Source: a virus (taxonomy: Duplodnaviria > Caudoviricetes). From it: 41,203 nt of DNA. Each line of letters begins with the position of its first letter. Position 1 is the stretch's first letter. Below the pieces are notes generated by a model, which ran no database searches, had not been told where the DNA came from, and was given only the letters and a program-made list of their open reading frames with translations. Where the stretch lies: positions 1 to 41,203 of IMG/VR virus record IMGVR_UViG_3300022915_000004; one strand, given 5' to 3'. The position numbers were made by a program, and so were the translations under genes. This document shows positions 16,051 to 24,917 of the stretch, in pieces.

Positions 16051-16123
16051 TCCTGCTGAAATCGAAAGACTAAAGGAGAACAAAGAAAAGATTGTGGAAG
16101 AAAATCCAATCATAAAAAAATGA
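16001..16123 (+). CDS. 40-aa basic peptide (below ORF track cut-off)
   Basis: MAKKKEKKAPKKVQKIDPAEIERLKENKEKIVEENPIIKK; ATGA overlap with the protease start. Confidence 0.5.
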   Translation: MAKKKEKKAPKKVQKIDPAEIERLKENKEKIVEENPIIKK

Positions 16124-16944
16124 TACCTGCATTTGAAGATAAAGCCGAGCTATTTAAATGGCTTCACTCTAACAAGTCTATGCTTATTGCACAGAAGAAA
16201 AGTGCATTGAAATATGCTGATGCTGTTACCTATGTCCCACAAACAATCTTCGAAGATAAAAATAAGGTAGCATGTAAATCAATTCTTATTCCAGAAGATG
16301 CAACACAAATAAAAGTTAGGGCTATTATCAATACTACGAAATTAATAGACTCACATAATGATGTGCATATCGATGGACTATGGACTAAATCAATCAAAGA
16401 AAATAATTCGAATTATTTAGTGAATCAACACGATTTCACTTTTGAAGGAATTCTCTCTGATGACGTAAAAGTTTCAGCTATACAAATGACTTGGAAAGAA
16501 CTTGGTTTTAATTATAAAGGGTCAACGCAAGCACTTGTATACGATGCAATATTTGATAAAGCTGATAACCCGTTGATGTTCGAAAAATATCGAACAGGAA
16601 AAGTTAAACAGCATTCCGTTGGTATGCGATATATCAAATTAGATATGGCAATTAACGATGAAGATTATCCAACAGAAAAAAGTACATGGGATAAATATAT
16701 TGATGTTGTTGCCAATCAACAGGAAGCAATTGATGAAGGATATTTTTGGGCAGTAACAGAAGCAAAAAATATAGAAGGTAGTGCAGTTGTGCGTGGGGCA
16801 AACTTCGCTACTCCTACCCAATCAATAGAACAAACAAAATTTGAGCCGGTGAAAATCACTCATACGCCAGAGCCGATGCAAATCACTCCAATTGATTTAG
16901 ATAAAATGTTAAATCATTATTCAAAAATTCTAACCAATGGATGA
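16120..16944 (+). CDS. Prohead maturation protease
   Basis: DSHNDV, QHD, QHSVGM, IEGSAVVRGANFATP; directly precedes capsid gene. Confidence 0.85.
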   Translation: MIPAFEDKAELFKWLHSNKSMLIAQKKSALKYADAVTYVPQTIFEDKNKVACKSILIPEDATQIKVRAIINTTKLIDSHNDVHIDGLWTKSIKENNSNYLVNQHDFTFEGILSDDVKVSAIQMTWKELGFNYKGSTQALVYDAIFDKADNPLMFEKYRTGKVKQHSVGMRYIKLDMAINDEDYPTEKSTWDKYIDVVANQQEAIDEGYFWAVTEAKNIEGSAVVRGANFATPTQSIEQTKFEPVKITHTPEPMQITPIDLDKMLNHYSKILTNG

Positions 16945-18172
16945 AAAAGAATTAAAAGCACTTCTTGATGGTGTTGCCAAAGAAAATGGCAAGGCTATAA
17001 AAGATGCTGTAAAAGTGGAGGTTGAAGCAGCCACCGCTGGACTTATGAAGTCCGATGAATTAGGTTCTAAACTGGAAGCTTTAGGGCTAAAAGATGATGC
17101 AATAAAAAATCTTACTGAAGCTGTTGTAAAACAAGGTGCTGAAGTTCAAAAGATTTTACTAGGTAAAAAAGAAGATGCTGAGGTTTCCCTAAAGGATCAA
17201 CTAAAAGCAAAGCACGAAGAAATAAAAGCTGCTGTAAGCAAAAATAGTTCTGTAAGACTTGAAATAAATAAACTTTTAGTAACACGTGCTTCTGTAGGTA
17301 ACACAACTATGGCAATGCGTTTGCCTGATGTTGGACAATTAGCATATCCTGCAAGTGTATTGAATTCATTATTCAGGCATGCACCTGTTAGTCCTTCTTC
17401 TAATGGAGTTATCAGGTACTATGATCAAAGTGCAATTACACGTGGTGCTGCTTCTGTAGCAGAAGGTGCAACAAAACCAGAATCAGCTATCACCTGGATT
17501 GAAAGAACATTATTGATTGAAAAAATTGCTGATTCAATTCCAGTAACAAAGGAAGCTTTCAATGATGTTTATTTTATTCAATCAGAAATTGAACGTCTAT
17601 TAACAATCAATTTATCATTGAAGAAGGAGGACCTTCTATGGGATGGTGATGGTATCACTCCTAATATAAAAGGTGTGTATACTAGTGCACCTTTGTTTGT
17701 TACAACTGCTTATGATGATTCTGTTGAAGCAGCAAACGTTTATGACTTGGTTGCAACTGTAGCTGCTGAAATTAATGCAAGCGGTGGTGGAAAATATAAA
17801 GCCGACACCGTTGTTCTAAATCCAATTGATACACTGAAGATGAAGCTGATCAAAGATTCATCAGGTCGTTACATCTTACCACCTTTTGTGAGTAGCAATG
17901 GTGATATAACTTCTTTAAAAGTTGTAGAAAGTTCACAAGTAACACCTAACACTTTAGTAGTTGGTGATTTCCGCTATGGTACTATCTATGATTTGGAAAA
18001 TGTTACCGTGGAAATGGGATGGATTAATGATCAATTCATTAAGAATGCATTTACAATTCTTGCAGAAGAACGTTTTGCATTATTGATAAGAGTTGTGGAC
18101 ACAACAGCATTCAGAAAAGTTACTGATATAGCTGCTGCACTTGCTGCACTTGAAACACCTGCATTACCATAA
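16937..18172 (+). CDS. Major capsid protein, HK97 fold with N-terminal delta domain
   Basis: Coiled-coil N-terminus, AASVAEGATKPES, GDGITPNIKG, VLNPID, IKDSSGRYI, LVVGDF, FIKNAFTILAEER. Confidence 0.95.
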   Translation: MDEKELKALLDGVAKENGKAIKDAVKVEVEAATAGLMKSDELGSKLEALGLKDDAIKNLTEAVVKQGAEVQKILLGKKEDAEVSLKDQLKAKHEEIKAAVSKNSSVRLEINKLLVTRASVGNTTMAMRLPDVGQLAYPASVLNSLFRHAPVSPSSNGVIRYYDQSAITRGAASVAEGATKPESAITWIERTLLIEKIADSIPVTKEAFNDVYFIQSEIERLLTINLSLKKEDLLWDGDGITPNIKGVYTSAPLFVTTAYDDSVEAANVYDLVATVAAEINASGGGKYKADTVVLNPIDTLKMKLIKDSSGRYILPPFVSSNGDITSLKVVESSQVTPNTLVVGDFRYGTIYDLENVTVEMGWINDQFIKNAFTILAEERFALLIRVVDTTAFRKVTDIAAALAALETPALP

Positions 18173-18194
18173 TGTAGAAATCGGTTTTTGAAAA

Positions 18195-18935
18195 ATGAAA
18201 TTAATAACCGCTCAAGATTTCAACCAGATTCCATACAATGTTCCTAACGCATTGGCGCAAAATCCTGCGGGTGGAGTTGAAGAAAATGAACAGTTCAATC
18301 AATACATAGATGATAAAGTTCAGGAAACAATGGTTAAACTTTTGGGCGTTTCCCTTTACAAATCTTTCATAGCAGGTTTAGATGCTTTACCTCCTAATTG
18401 GATAGGAACAAATACACCCGGGTATGCTATAGATGATCTTGCATTTTATAACAGCCACGTTTGGAAATCTTTAGTCGATAACAATTTAAATGTCGTGCCT
18501 ATCGAAGGACCAAGCTGGACAATGGTAGAAGATGATAGATGGCTAATGCTTTATAATGGTGTACATGATTATTCATTCAACGCTTACAATCATTCATGGA
18601 CAGGAGTAAAGAAAATGTTAATTCCTAATGTGTTTGCTTCATGGCTATCAGATACCAATGATGATTACACAAAAGCGGGTATAGCAAATAGAACTACAGA
18701 AAATGCCAATAAACTTGGCCCTGCTGTTCGAATAACAAATGCCTACAGGGATTTTTCTAAACGTGCAGGAAATTTTAATCAGCGTGATAATTCTTTATAC
18801 GGTTATCTGATCTATGCACAAACTGACTTAGATCATTATACAGGTTTCTATGATGATACAAATTATTCAACATTCGATTTGTACCTACAAAATTCTTTCG
18901 TTAGTCCCGGGCATATTAACATTTGGGATTTATGA
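18195..18935 (+). CDS. Head-tail adaptor with inserted CBM5/12-like module
   Basis: Follows capsid gene; KLLGVSLY and GVKKML segments flank an aromatic insert at about 18399-18518. Confidence 0.65.
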   Translation: MKLITAQDFNQIPYNVPNALAQNPAGGVEENEQFNQYIDDKVQETMVKLLGVSLYKSFIAGLDALPPNWIGTNTPGYAIDDLAFYNSHVWKSLVDNNLNVVPIEGPSWTMVEDDRWLMLYNGVHDYSFNAYNHSWTGVKKMLIPNVFASWLSDTNDDYTKAGIANRTTENANKLGPAVRITNAYRDFSKRAGNFNQRDNSLYGYLIYAQTDLDHYTGFYDDTNYSTFDLYLQNSFVSPGHINIWDL

Positions 18936-19438
18936 GAACGCCAATAGTATACGACATAGAAACGGTAGTTGAATTAATGAGGTTAGCGGGTGATGAAAAA
19001 CCCTACTATGAATTCGGCCATCGTTTAGAAATCGCTAACACGTTGACAGAAAAAGAAGGAACACAATACAAATATCGTAGATACCCATTAGTTGCTTTGC
19101 GCCTGGATTTGATGGAAGAACTTGATGAAGGAATGCAAAAGGTAAATCTAAATATTGCTTTCATCACGTTCACGGACGAAAATTATAAAGCACGTCAACG
19201 CTATGAAAAGGTTTTAGTACCTGTTCTTTATCCTATGGTAGAAAATTTTTTTACCAAGTGTAAGAAGTCAGGAATTTTCACATGGGAAGGACACCAAAAA
19301 TATCCACCGTGCAAAGTTGTTGATAGACCTTATTGGGGTATAGCTGATACTGAAGGGAACGTTAGAAATATTTTTCAAGATCCGATTGATGCAATTGAAT
19401 TGATGGATTTAAAATTAAACAAACGACCTAAATGTTAA
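18932..19438 (+). CDS. Tail completion/terminator-like protein
   Basis: Acidic C-terminus, immediately upstream of tail tube gene; ATGA overlap start. Confidence 0.55.
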   Translation: MRTPIVYDIETVVELMRLAGDEKPYYEFGHRLEIANTLTEKEGTQYKYRRYPLVALRLDLMEELDEGMQKVNLNIAFITFTDENYKARQRYEKVLVPVLYPMVENFFTKCKKSGIFTWEGHQKYPPCKVVDRPYWGIADTEGNVRNIFQDPIDAIELMDLKLNKRPKC

Positions 19439-19444
19439 AAAGAT

Positions 19445-20320
19445 ATGGCTAATTGTGATGAAGCGAAAAAAAACATGGGGGTGGTGCGGTGCACGAAATT
19501 ACCTCAAATGTTCGCACGGATGTTTACCACGCCGTTAGGATTTAAAATTCCAGCAGCTACTATTGAAGAAGGCGATGCAGCAATACAGCAATATTTGCAA
19601 GATGCAATGCTTAACCCTGATCTTAATGAACGAATTTTTTTGTGGCCTTCTTTTGTCGGCTTCGAAGATGCAAAGGAAGATGCAGTGTATGAAGAAACAC
19701 CTTTAGCAGATTTAAAAGTTCGTGATGGTAAGTATAGATGGAGAGTACAAGTACAACAGGACCTTTGCACACATCGCGCAATGGGAACGCACAACGGTGG
19801 AAACCAAAGAGTAATTTTTTACGATATAGAAAATCAACTTTTTGGAATGGATAATGCAGATGGTGATTTCATGGGTTTCAATGTTAGCTTATTAAACGTT
19901 GAAAAATTAATGATCAGTGATGGAAGTACAGCAACACGTACACCAATTTACATCATCTTGAAAAATAGTAAACAAGTTGATAAGACAGGTGCATTAATGC
20001 AAGCTGATTATGTGGATGAATTACAACCATTAACTGATGTAGAAATTACCATTATAGGTGTACCAACAGCTACAGAAATAAAAGCTACTGTTAAAACTGC
20101 ATGTGATGAAACTATTATTCTTGGTTTAGTGATGGCTGATTTTATTAAGCTATCAGCAGCAGGAGTAGTTGAAGCAATCACATCACTAACAGAACTAAAT
20201 GGTGTATACGCTTTAGTAGGTACAGCCTTCACCACTGGAACACTTAAAACTGAAACACCTGATCAATTAAGTATTCAGGCCTATGAAAGTATCCCTGCAA
20301 CTGTAACTATTACTCCATAA
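19445..20320 (+). CDS. Major tail tube protein
   Basis: Size, position, C-terminal beta-rich Ig-like extension; terminator shortly downstream. Confidence 0.65.
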   Translation: MANCDEAKKNMGVVRCTKLPQMFARMFTTPLGFKIPAATIEEGDAAIQQYLQDAMLNPDLNERIFLWPSFVGFEDAKEDAVYEETPLADLKVRDGKYRWRVQVQQDLCTHRAMGTHNGGNQRVIFYDIENQLFGMDNADGDFMGFNVSLLNVEKLMISDGSTATRTPIYIILKNSKQVDKTGALMQADYVDELQPLTDVEITIIGVPTATEIKATVKTACDETIILGLVMADFIKLSAAGVVEAITSLTELNGVYALVGTAFTTGTLKTETPDQLSIQAYESIPATVTITP

Positions 20321-20322
20321 CT

Positions 20323-20571
20323 ATGAAAGTAAATATTTCTTATAGTGAATCGCTGAAGTTTGAACAGTTTAAAAAACAATTTCAACACCATTTTACAATT
20401 TTTACCCCGGCAAAAAAAGAATCAGAAATGAAAATTGCGTGGGAAAAGGCAGAAGCAAAAATAAAATCTAAACCAGGCACAAATGGACCTGAAAAGATTA
20501 TTGAACCTGCTGCTGATCAATGGGAAGAAATTGAAAACACTGAACAACCACAGCGAAACAGAAGTGAATAA
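20323..20571 (+). CDS. Hypothetical tail-module protein
   Basis: 82-aa ORF following tail tube gene. Confidence 0.6.
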   Translation: MKVNISYSESLKFEQFKKQFQHHFTIFTPAKKESEMKIAWEKAEAKIKSKPGTNGPEKIIEPAADQWEEIENTEQPQRNRSE

Positions 20572-20575
20572 AATA

Positions 20576-20612
20576 AAGTCCCTGAACAAAAGCAGGGACT
20601 TCTTTTTCTTTT
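20576..20612 (+). terminator. Intrinsic terminator
   Basis: AAGTCCCTG-N8-CAGGGACTT followed by CTTTTTCTTTT. Confidence 0.85.
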
Positions 20613-21083
20613 ATGGTAAAAGTAATATTCAACATATCGAAAACTAATAAGATAGCTTCTTATGCAATTAAATTAGGTAGGCAATCGGTATTAAGTCAGG
20701 AAAAAGCATTACTACAAATCATAAAAGAGAATGAGCACTTTCTAATTGATATTGTAACAGCACAATTATTAAACGGTAAAGATGGTGAAGGTGAATTTTT
20801 ACAAGCATACAGGAGTGAAAATTATGCAGAAATGAAAAGACACCTTAATCCTAAAGGTGTAACAGATTTAAGATTAACAGGTGATTTTTGGGATGGCTTC
20901 TTTGTAACAGCAAATAAATTTCCAATTGTCATAAACTCTAAAGATGATAAACGTGATGAACTTGTTAAAAAATATGGACAAGCAATTTTTTTCCCATCAC
21001 AAGAAGGTAAAACCTTTTTTCTTCAACACATCGAAAAAGAACTTAAGGAATATTACCGATCAGTTTATTCAGCCACCAACTAA
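20613..21083 (+). CDS. Neck/tail completion protein
   Basis: Y.EMK...VTDLRLTGDFWDGF motif typical of virion morphogenesis proteins. Confidence 0.6.
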   Translation: MVKVIFNISKTNKIASYAIKLGRQSVLSQEKALLQIIKENEHFLIDIVTAQLLNGKDGEGEFLQAYRSENYAEMKRHLNPKGVTDLRLTGDFWDGFFVTANKFPIVINSKDDKRDELVKKYGQAIFFPSQEGKTFFLQHIEKELKEYYRSVYSATN

Positions 21084-21663
21084 ATTTTTTGATTACAACA
21101 ACATCACACTAAAACTTTTTATTGAAGTAGCTGAAACAGCCGACTACATGCAACTTGTAATTTTTGGTTCTCCTACCGTTGATGAATGCTTTGATCAATG
21201 GGAAAAAATCATTCAGCAGAACAGTAAAATAAACGGCAATGCAGAATATAGAAGTTACTATGATAATCTGAAGCACTACAATAAACTTCTAAGGGATTTT
21301 AATTTAATCAAAGCTACTATAACACTTTTATATTTTATGGTAGATAATTCAATGATTGATTTTCTTAATAGCAAGGGTTATAAGATCAGTAAAAAATCTT
21401 CTGCTGAATATGCCAATAGCTTAAATGCTGCAATGAATAAATCAAACAGCCTGATTACAAAAATAGAAATGCGTTACAAGGCAATTGTAAAAGCAAACGA
21501 ACAAAGCAAAGGAAGTAATCAGCAGGTAACATTTGAAACATTGATGGCAAATTTAACTATAGCACTTGGATTTCCGATTGATGATTCATTGACATTAGCA
21601 CGGTACAATGAGTATAATAAAATAATAAAAAAGAGAAACGAACAAAACCGTAAAAAGAAATAG
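20944..21663 (+). CDS. Pre-tape-measure protein (start uncertain)
   Basis: Long ORF ending 2 bp before the tape measure gene. Confidence 0.65.
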   Translation: MINVMNLLKNMDKQFFSHHKKVKPFFFNTSKKNLRNITDQFIQPPTKFFDYNNITLKLFIEVAETADYMQLVIFGSPTVDECFDQWEKIIQQNSKINGNAEYRSYYDNLKHYNKLLRDFNLIKATITLLYFMVDNSMIDFLNSKGYKISKKSSAEYANSLNAAMNKSNSLITKIEMRYKAIVKANEQSKGSNQQVTFETLMANLTIALGFPIDDSLTLARYNEYNKIIKKRNEQNRKKK

Positions 21664-21665
21664 TT

Positions 21666-24600
21666 ATGGCAGAATTCGAAAGGGAAGATTTTATAAGTGA
21701 CGAAGCGTTGATGGCACCGCTTGTGATGAAAAAAAATTGGGAAGAACTAATTGACACCATGAAGGAAGTTAGAAAAGCTGCTATGAATGTAAGTCCCGGT
21801 GGTGGTGGAACTACGGGTGATAATGGTGCATCGACAAAAAAATTAAAGGAAGAAACAATTAAACTAACCAAGGAACAACAGGAGTTAGTTAAGATTCAAA
21901 ATAAAATTGCTGCTGCTGTTGCTAAAGATAATGATGAATACAGGAAGCAGGAACAAGCATTAGTAAGACTTAACGTAGAAATAAAAAATAAAAATGCTTT
22001 AGGTGAAAAGGAAGCACTAGCAGTTAATAAACTTAATTCATCACTTAAAGAAATTGAAGCTGCACTAAATGCAAATCGTGTTGCCTATTCTAATTTAAGA
22101 AGTGAAGAAGAACGTAACAGTAAAACGGGTGTAACACTTTTAAAAACTATTCAGGACCAGAAAGAAGCAGCTAGTGAATTGCGTGAAGAAATGGGACAGT
22201 TTTCAGGTAACGTAGGAAACTATACTGCATCAATAATCAAAGCACAAAAAGCAATCAACGATCAGGAAAAAGAAACCAAAGAGTTAATGATTGCTCAAAA
22301 GGGTTTAGATAAATCTACAACTGAAGGGAAAAAACACTATGATGAATTTAAAGTTGCTATTCAAAATAACATCACTCAAATAAATGTCTATCGTAAAGAA
22401 GCAGGGATGGCAGAAACATCCACCAAAGAACTAAACAAACAATTAGAAGAAGGAAGTAAATCAAGTGAAGGTATGGGTGCAGCACTAAATGATATTGCGC
22501 CTGGATTAAAAGGTGCTATTGATGGTGCATTAAAATTTGGTAAAGCCTTGTGGGCATTGGTTGCAAATCCTGTTGGCCTTGTCATAGCTGCTATTGCATT
22601 AGCTGTTGCAGGACTTGCAAGATATTTTACTGCAACAACAGAAGGACAAGATAAATGGAATAAGGTTTTAGCATTTGGGTCCGTGATACTTGATGGTTTT
22701 CTTGATCTTCTTGAATCTGTTGGAAGTGCATTAATATCAGTAGTTGAAAAACCTAAAGAAGCTTGGAAGTCATTTATCAATTTCATGAAACCTATCATCA
22801 AAGTATTTAAAGATTTTGGTGAAGGACTTGTAGAAGCTTTTACATTGAAAGGAACGGACAAACTAAGGTTAGCATTAGAAGAAGTCCGTGATCTTGCTGT
22901 TAATGGATGGAAAGCAGCTAGTGATGCAGCAGATGAATACATAAAAAAACAAATAGAAAAAAATGCAAAGCTGCAAGCTATTACTGATCGTGAAAATCAA
23001 TTTAAGAAAGATGCTATTCAAGATTTAATTGATGATAGTGTTACTGAATTGAAAGTTGCTAAAGAAATGTCAAAGGTTAAAGATGATTTACGCTTTAGTG
23101 ATGAAACAAGATTAAAATCATTAAGAGAAGCAAATAAATTATTGGAAGAACAAAGCAAAGGTGATGTTGCATTAGCTCAAACAGAATTAAAAATATTGGA
23201 AGATAAACTAGGTGTGTTGAAAGATGGCACCACCACAAGGAAATTAGATTATGATGAATTAAAACAGCTTGCAGATTTACAGGTTAAAGTTAATCAAACA
23301 GAACAGGCATTTTTAGATGGGAAGAAAAAAAGAAATGCTGAAGAATTTTCAACAGTGCAATCAATCCAAAAAAGAAAACAAGATGCAATAGAAGCTGAAC
23401 GCACTGCAACAGAAAATTTAAACAAATGGAAGTTAGAAGATTCAATTGCAACCAATGAAAAGATTATTGAAAATGAGTTTTCAACTTTAGGTGAATCAAC
23501 TAAAGCAATAGCGGATATAAATGAAGCAAAGGTTCAGATGGTTATCGATTCATCTAACAAAGAAATGGATGAAGCAAGAAAAGCAGCACGTGAACGTGTG
23601 AACCTTAGTGATGAAGAAAGAAATGCAATCTTCGCTAACAAATCACTTTCAATCGATGAACAATTAGCACTGCAAGAACAATATATTAATGATGCAATTA
23701 ATAATGATGAAGCATACATAACGGAAACAGTTAAGATAACTGAAGATATGTTTGCAAAGATTGATGAAACAACACAAAAATCTAAAGATCGCGCAGAAGA
23801 TAATGTTTTTAAAGTTCTAGCACGTGATGCTGCAAATTTAGCAAACCAAGCTGATACAGGTGTAAATACTGAATTACTAAATCTTGAAAAACAATTTGCT
23901 GATAATAAAATTTCATTGCAAGATTATAATGATCAGAAATTAGAAATACAAAAGAAGGGAGAAGAAGAAAGTTTAAAATCTCAATTAGAATATTTAAAGG
24001 CACAAGCTGCACTGCTTCAGCAAGGAAGTGCACAACGCATTGAATTAGAAAATCAGATCAGTGCTGTTGAATTAACAATGCAAGAAAATAAAAATGCATT
24101 GAAGTTGGAAGGTGAACAAGCGGTGCAAGATGCTTTACAAGAACTTTCTACAACAGGTGTTGACCTTGCAATGGAAACTATAAATAATTTCTTTGCTGCT
24201 GAAGATGAAGCACGTCAGGCACGACTAGAAAAAATTCAGGAAAATATGGAGGCAGAATTAGCAGCAGCAGGAAATAATGAAACTGCTAAAGTAGCTATCA
24301 AAAATAAAGCAGCAGCGGAAGAACAAAAAATAAGATTACAGCAAGCAGCAGCAGCAAGGAAGCAAGCACTTTTTGAAAAGACTGTTGCAGTAATAAGCAT
24401 TGCAATTAATACCGCTAAAGGTATAGGACAAGCATTAGGCACATATCCGCCTCCTGCTTCTTTCGTGTTGGCTGCAATCACCGCTGTATTGGGTGCACTA
24501 CAAATTGCAGCAGTAGTGAGTAAACCTATACCAAGCTATGCAGAAGGAACAGGAAATCACAAAGGAGGTTTGGCAGTTATAGGTGAAGAAGGTTCTGAAA

Positions 24601-24917
24601 AAGTAACGCTACCATCAGGAAGAACATTTTTATCACCCGATCAATCTACTTTGGTTGATCTTCCAGCAGGTTCAAAAGTTGATACGCACAAAGAAACATT
24701 AAATCAACTTGCTTTAAGTTCATTACCTCACATTGATAGACAAGGGAACAGAACAGACATAGAAGGTTTTGATAACCTTGGAAAAAAATTAGATAGCCTT
24801 GAAAAAACTGTTCGCAATAAAAAAGAACAGCATTGGAATATTTCAAAGCAAGGAATGCAAGCTATGGTAAAGAATGCAGAAACACGTCAATACTTCATGG
24901 ATCAATTGTATAGATAA
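21666..24917 (+). CDS. Tail tape measure protein
   Basis: 1083 aa, coiled-coil rich, NVGNY, ANPVGLVIAAIA hydrophobic segment, C-terminal YAEGT...AVIGEEGSE. Confidence 0.92.
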   Translation: MAEFEREDFISDEALMAPLVMKKNWEELIDTMKEVRKAAMNVSPGGGGTTGDNGASTKKLKEETIKLTKEQQELVKIQNKIAAAVAKDNDEYRKQEQALVRLNVEIKNKNALGEKEALAVNKLNSSLKEIEAALNANRVAYSNLRSEEERNSKTGVTLLKTIQDQKEAASELREEMGQFSGNVGNYTASIIKAQKAINDQEKETKELMIAQKGLDKSTTEGKKHYDEFKVAIQNNITQINVYRKEAGMAETSTKELNKQLEEGSKSSEGMGAALNDIAPGLKGAIDGALKFGKALWALVANPVGLVIAAIALAVAGLARYFTATTEGQDKWNKVLAFGSVILDGFLDLLESVGSALISVVEKPKEAWKSFINFMKPIIKVFKDFGEGLVEAFTLKGTDKLRLALEEVRDLAVNGWKAASDAADEYIKKQIEKNAKLQAITDRENQFKKDAIQDLIDDSVTELKVAKEMSKVKDDLRFSDETRLKSLREANKLLEEQSKGDVALAQTELKILEDKLGVLKDGTTTRKLDYDELKQLADLQVKVNQTEQAFLDGKKKRNAEEFSTVQSIQKRKQDAIEAERTATENLNKWKLEDSIATNEKIIENEFSTLGESTKAIADINEAKVQMVIDSSNKEMDEARKAARERVNLSDEERNAIFANKSLSIDEQLALQEQYINDAINNDEAYITETVKITEDMFAKIDETTQKSKDRAEDNVFKVLARDAANLANQADTGVNTELLNLEKQFADNKISLQDYNDQKLEIQKKGEEESLKSQLEYLKAQAALLQQGSAQRIELENQISAVELTMQENKNALKLEGEQAVQDALQELSTTGVDLAMETINNFFAAEDEARQARLEKIQENMEAELAAAGNNETAKVAIKNKAAAEEQKIRLQQAAAARKQALFEKTVAVISIAINTAKGIGQALGTYPPPASFVLAAITAVLGALQIAAVVSKPIPSYAEGTGNHKGGLAVIGEEGSEKVTLPSGRTFLSPDQSTLVDLPAGSKVDTHKETLNQLALSSLPHIDRQGNRTDIEGFDNLGKKLDSLEKTVRNKKEQHWNISKQGMQAMVKNAETRQYFMDQLYR

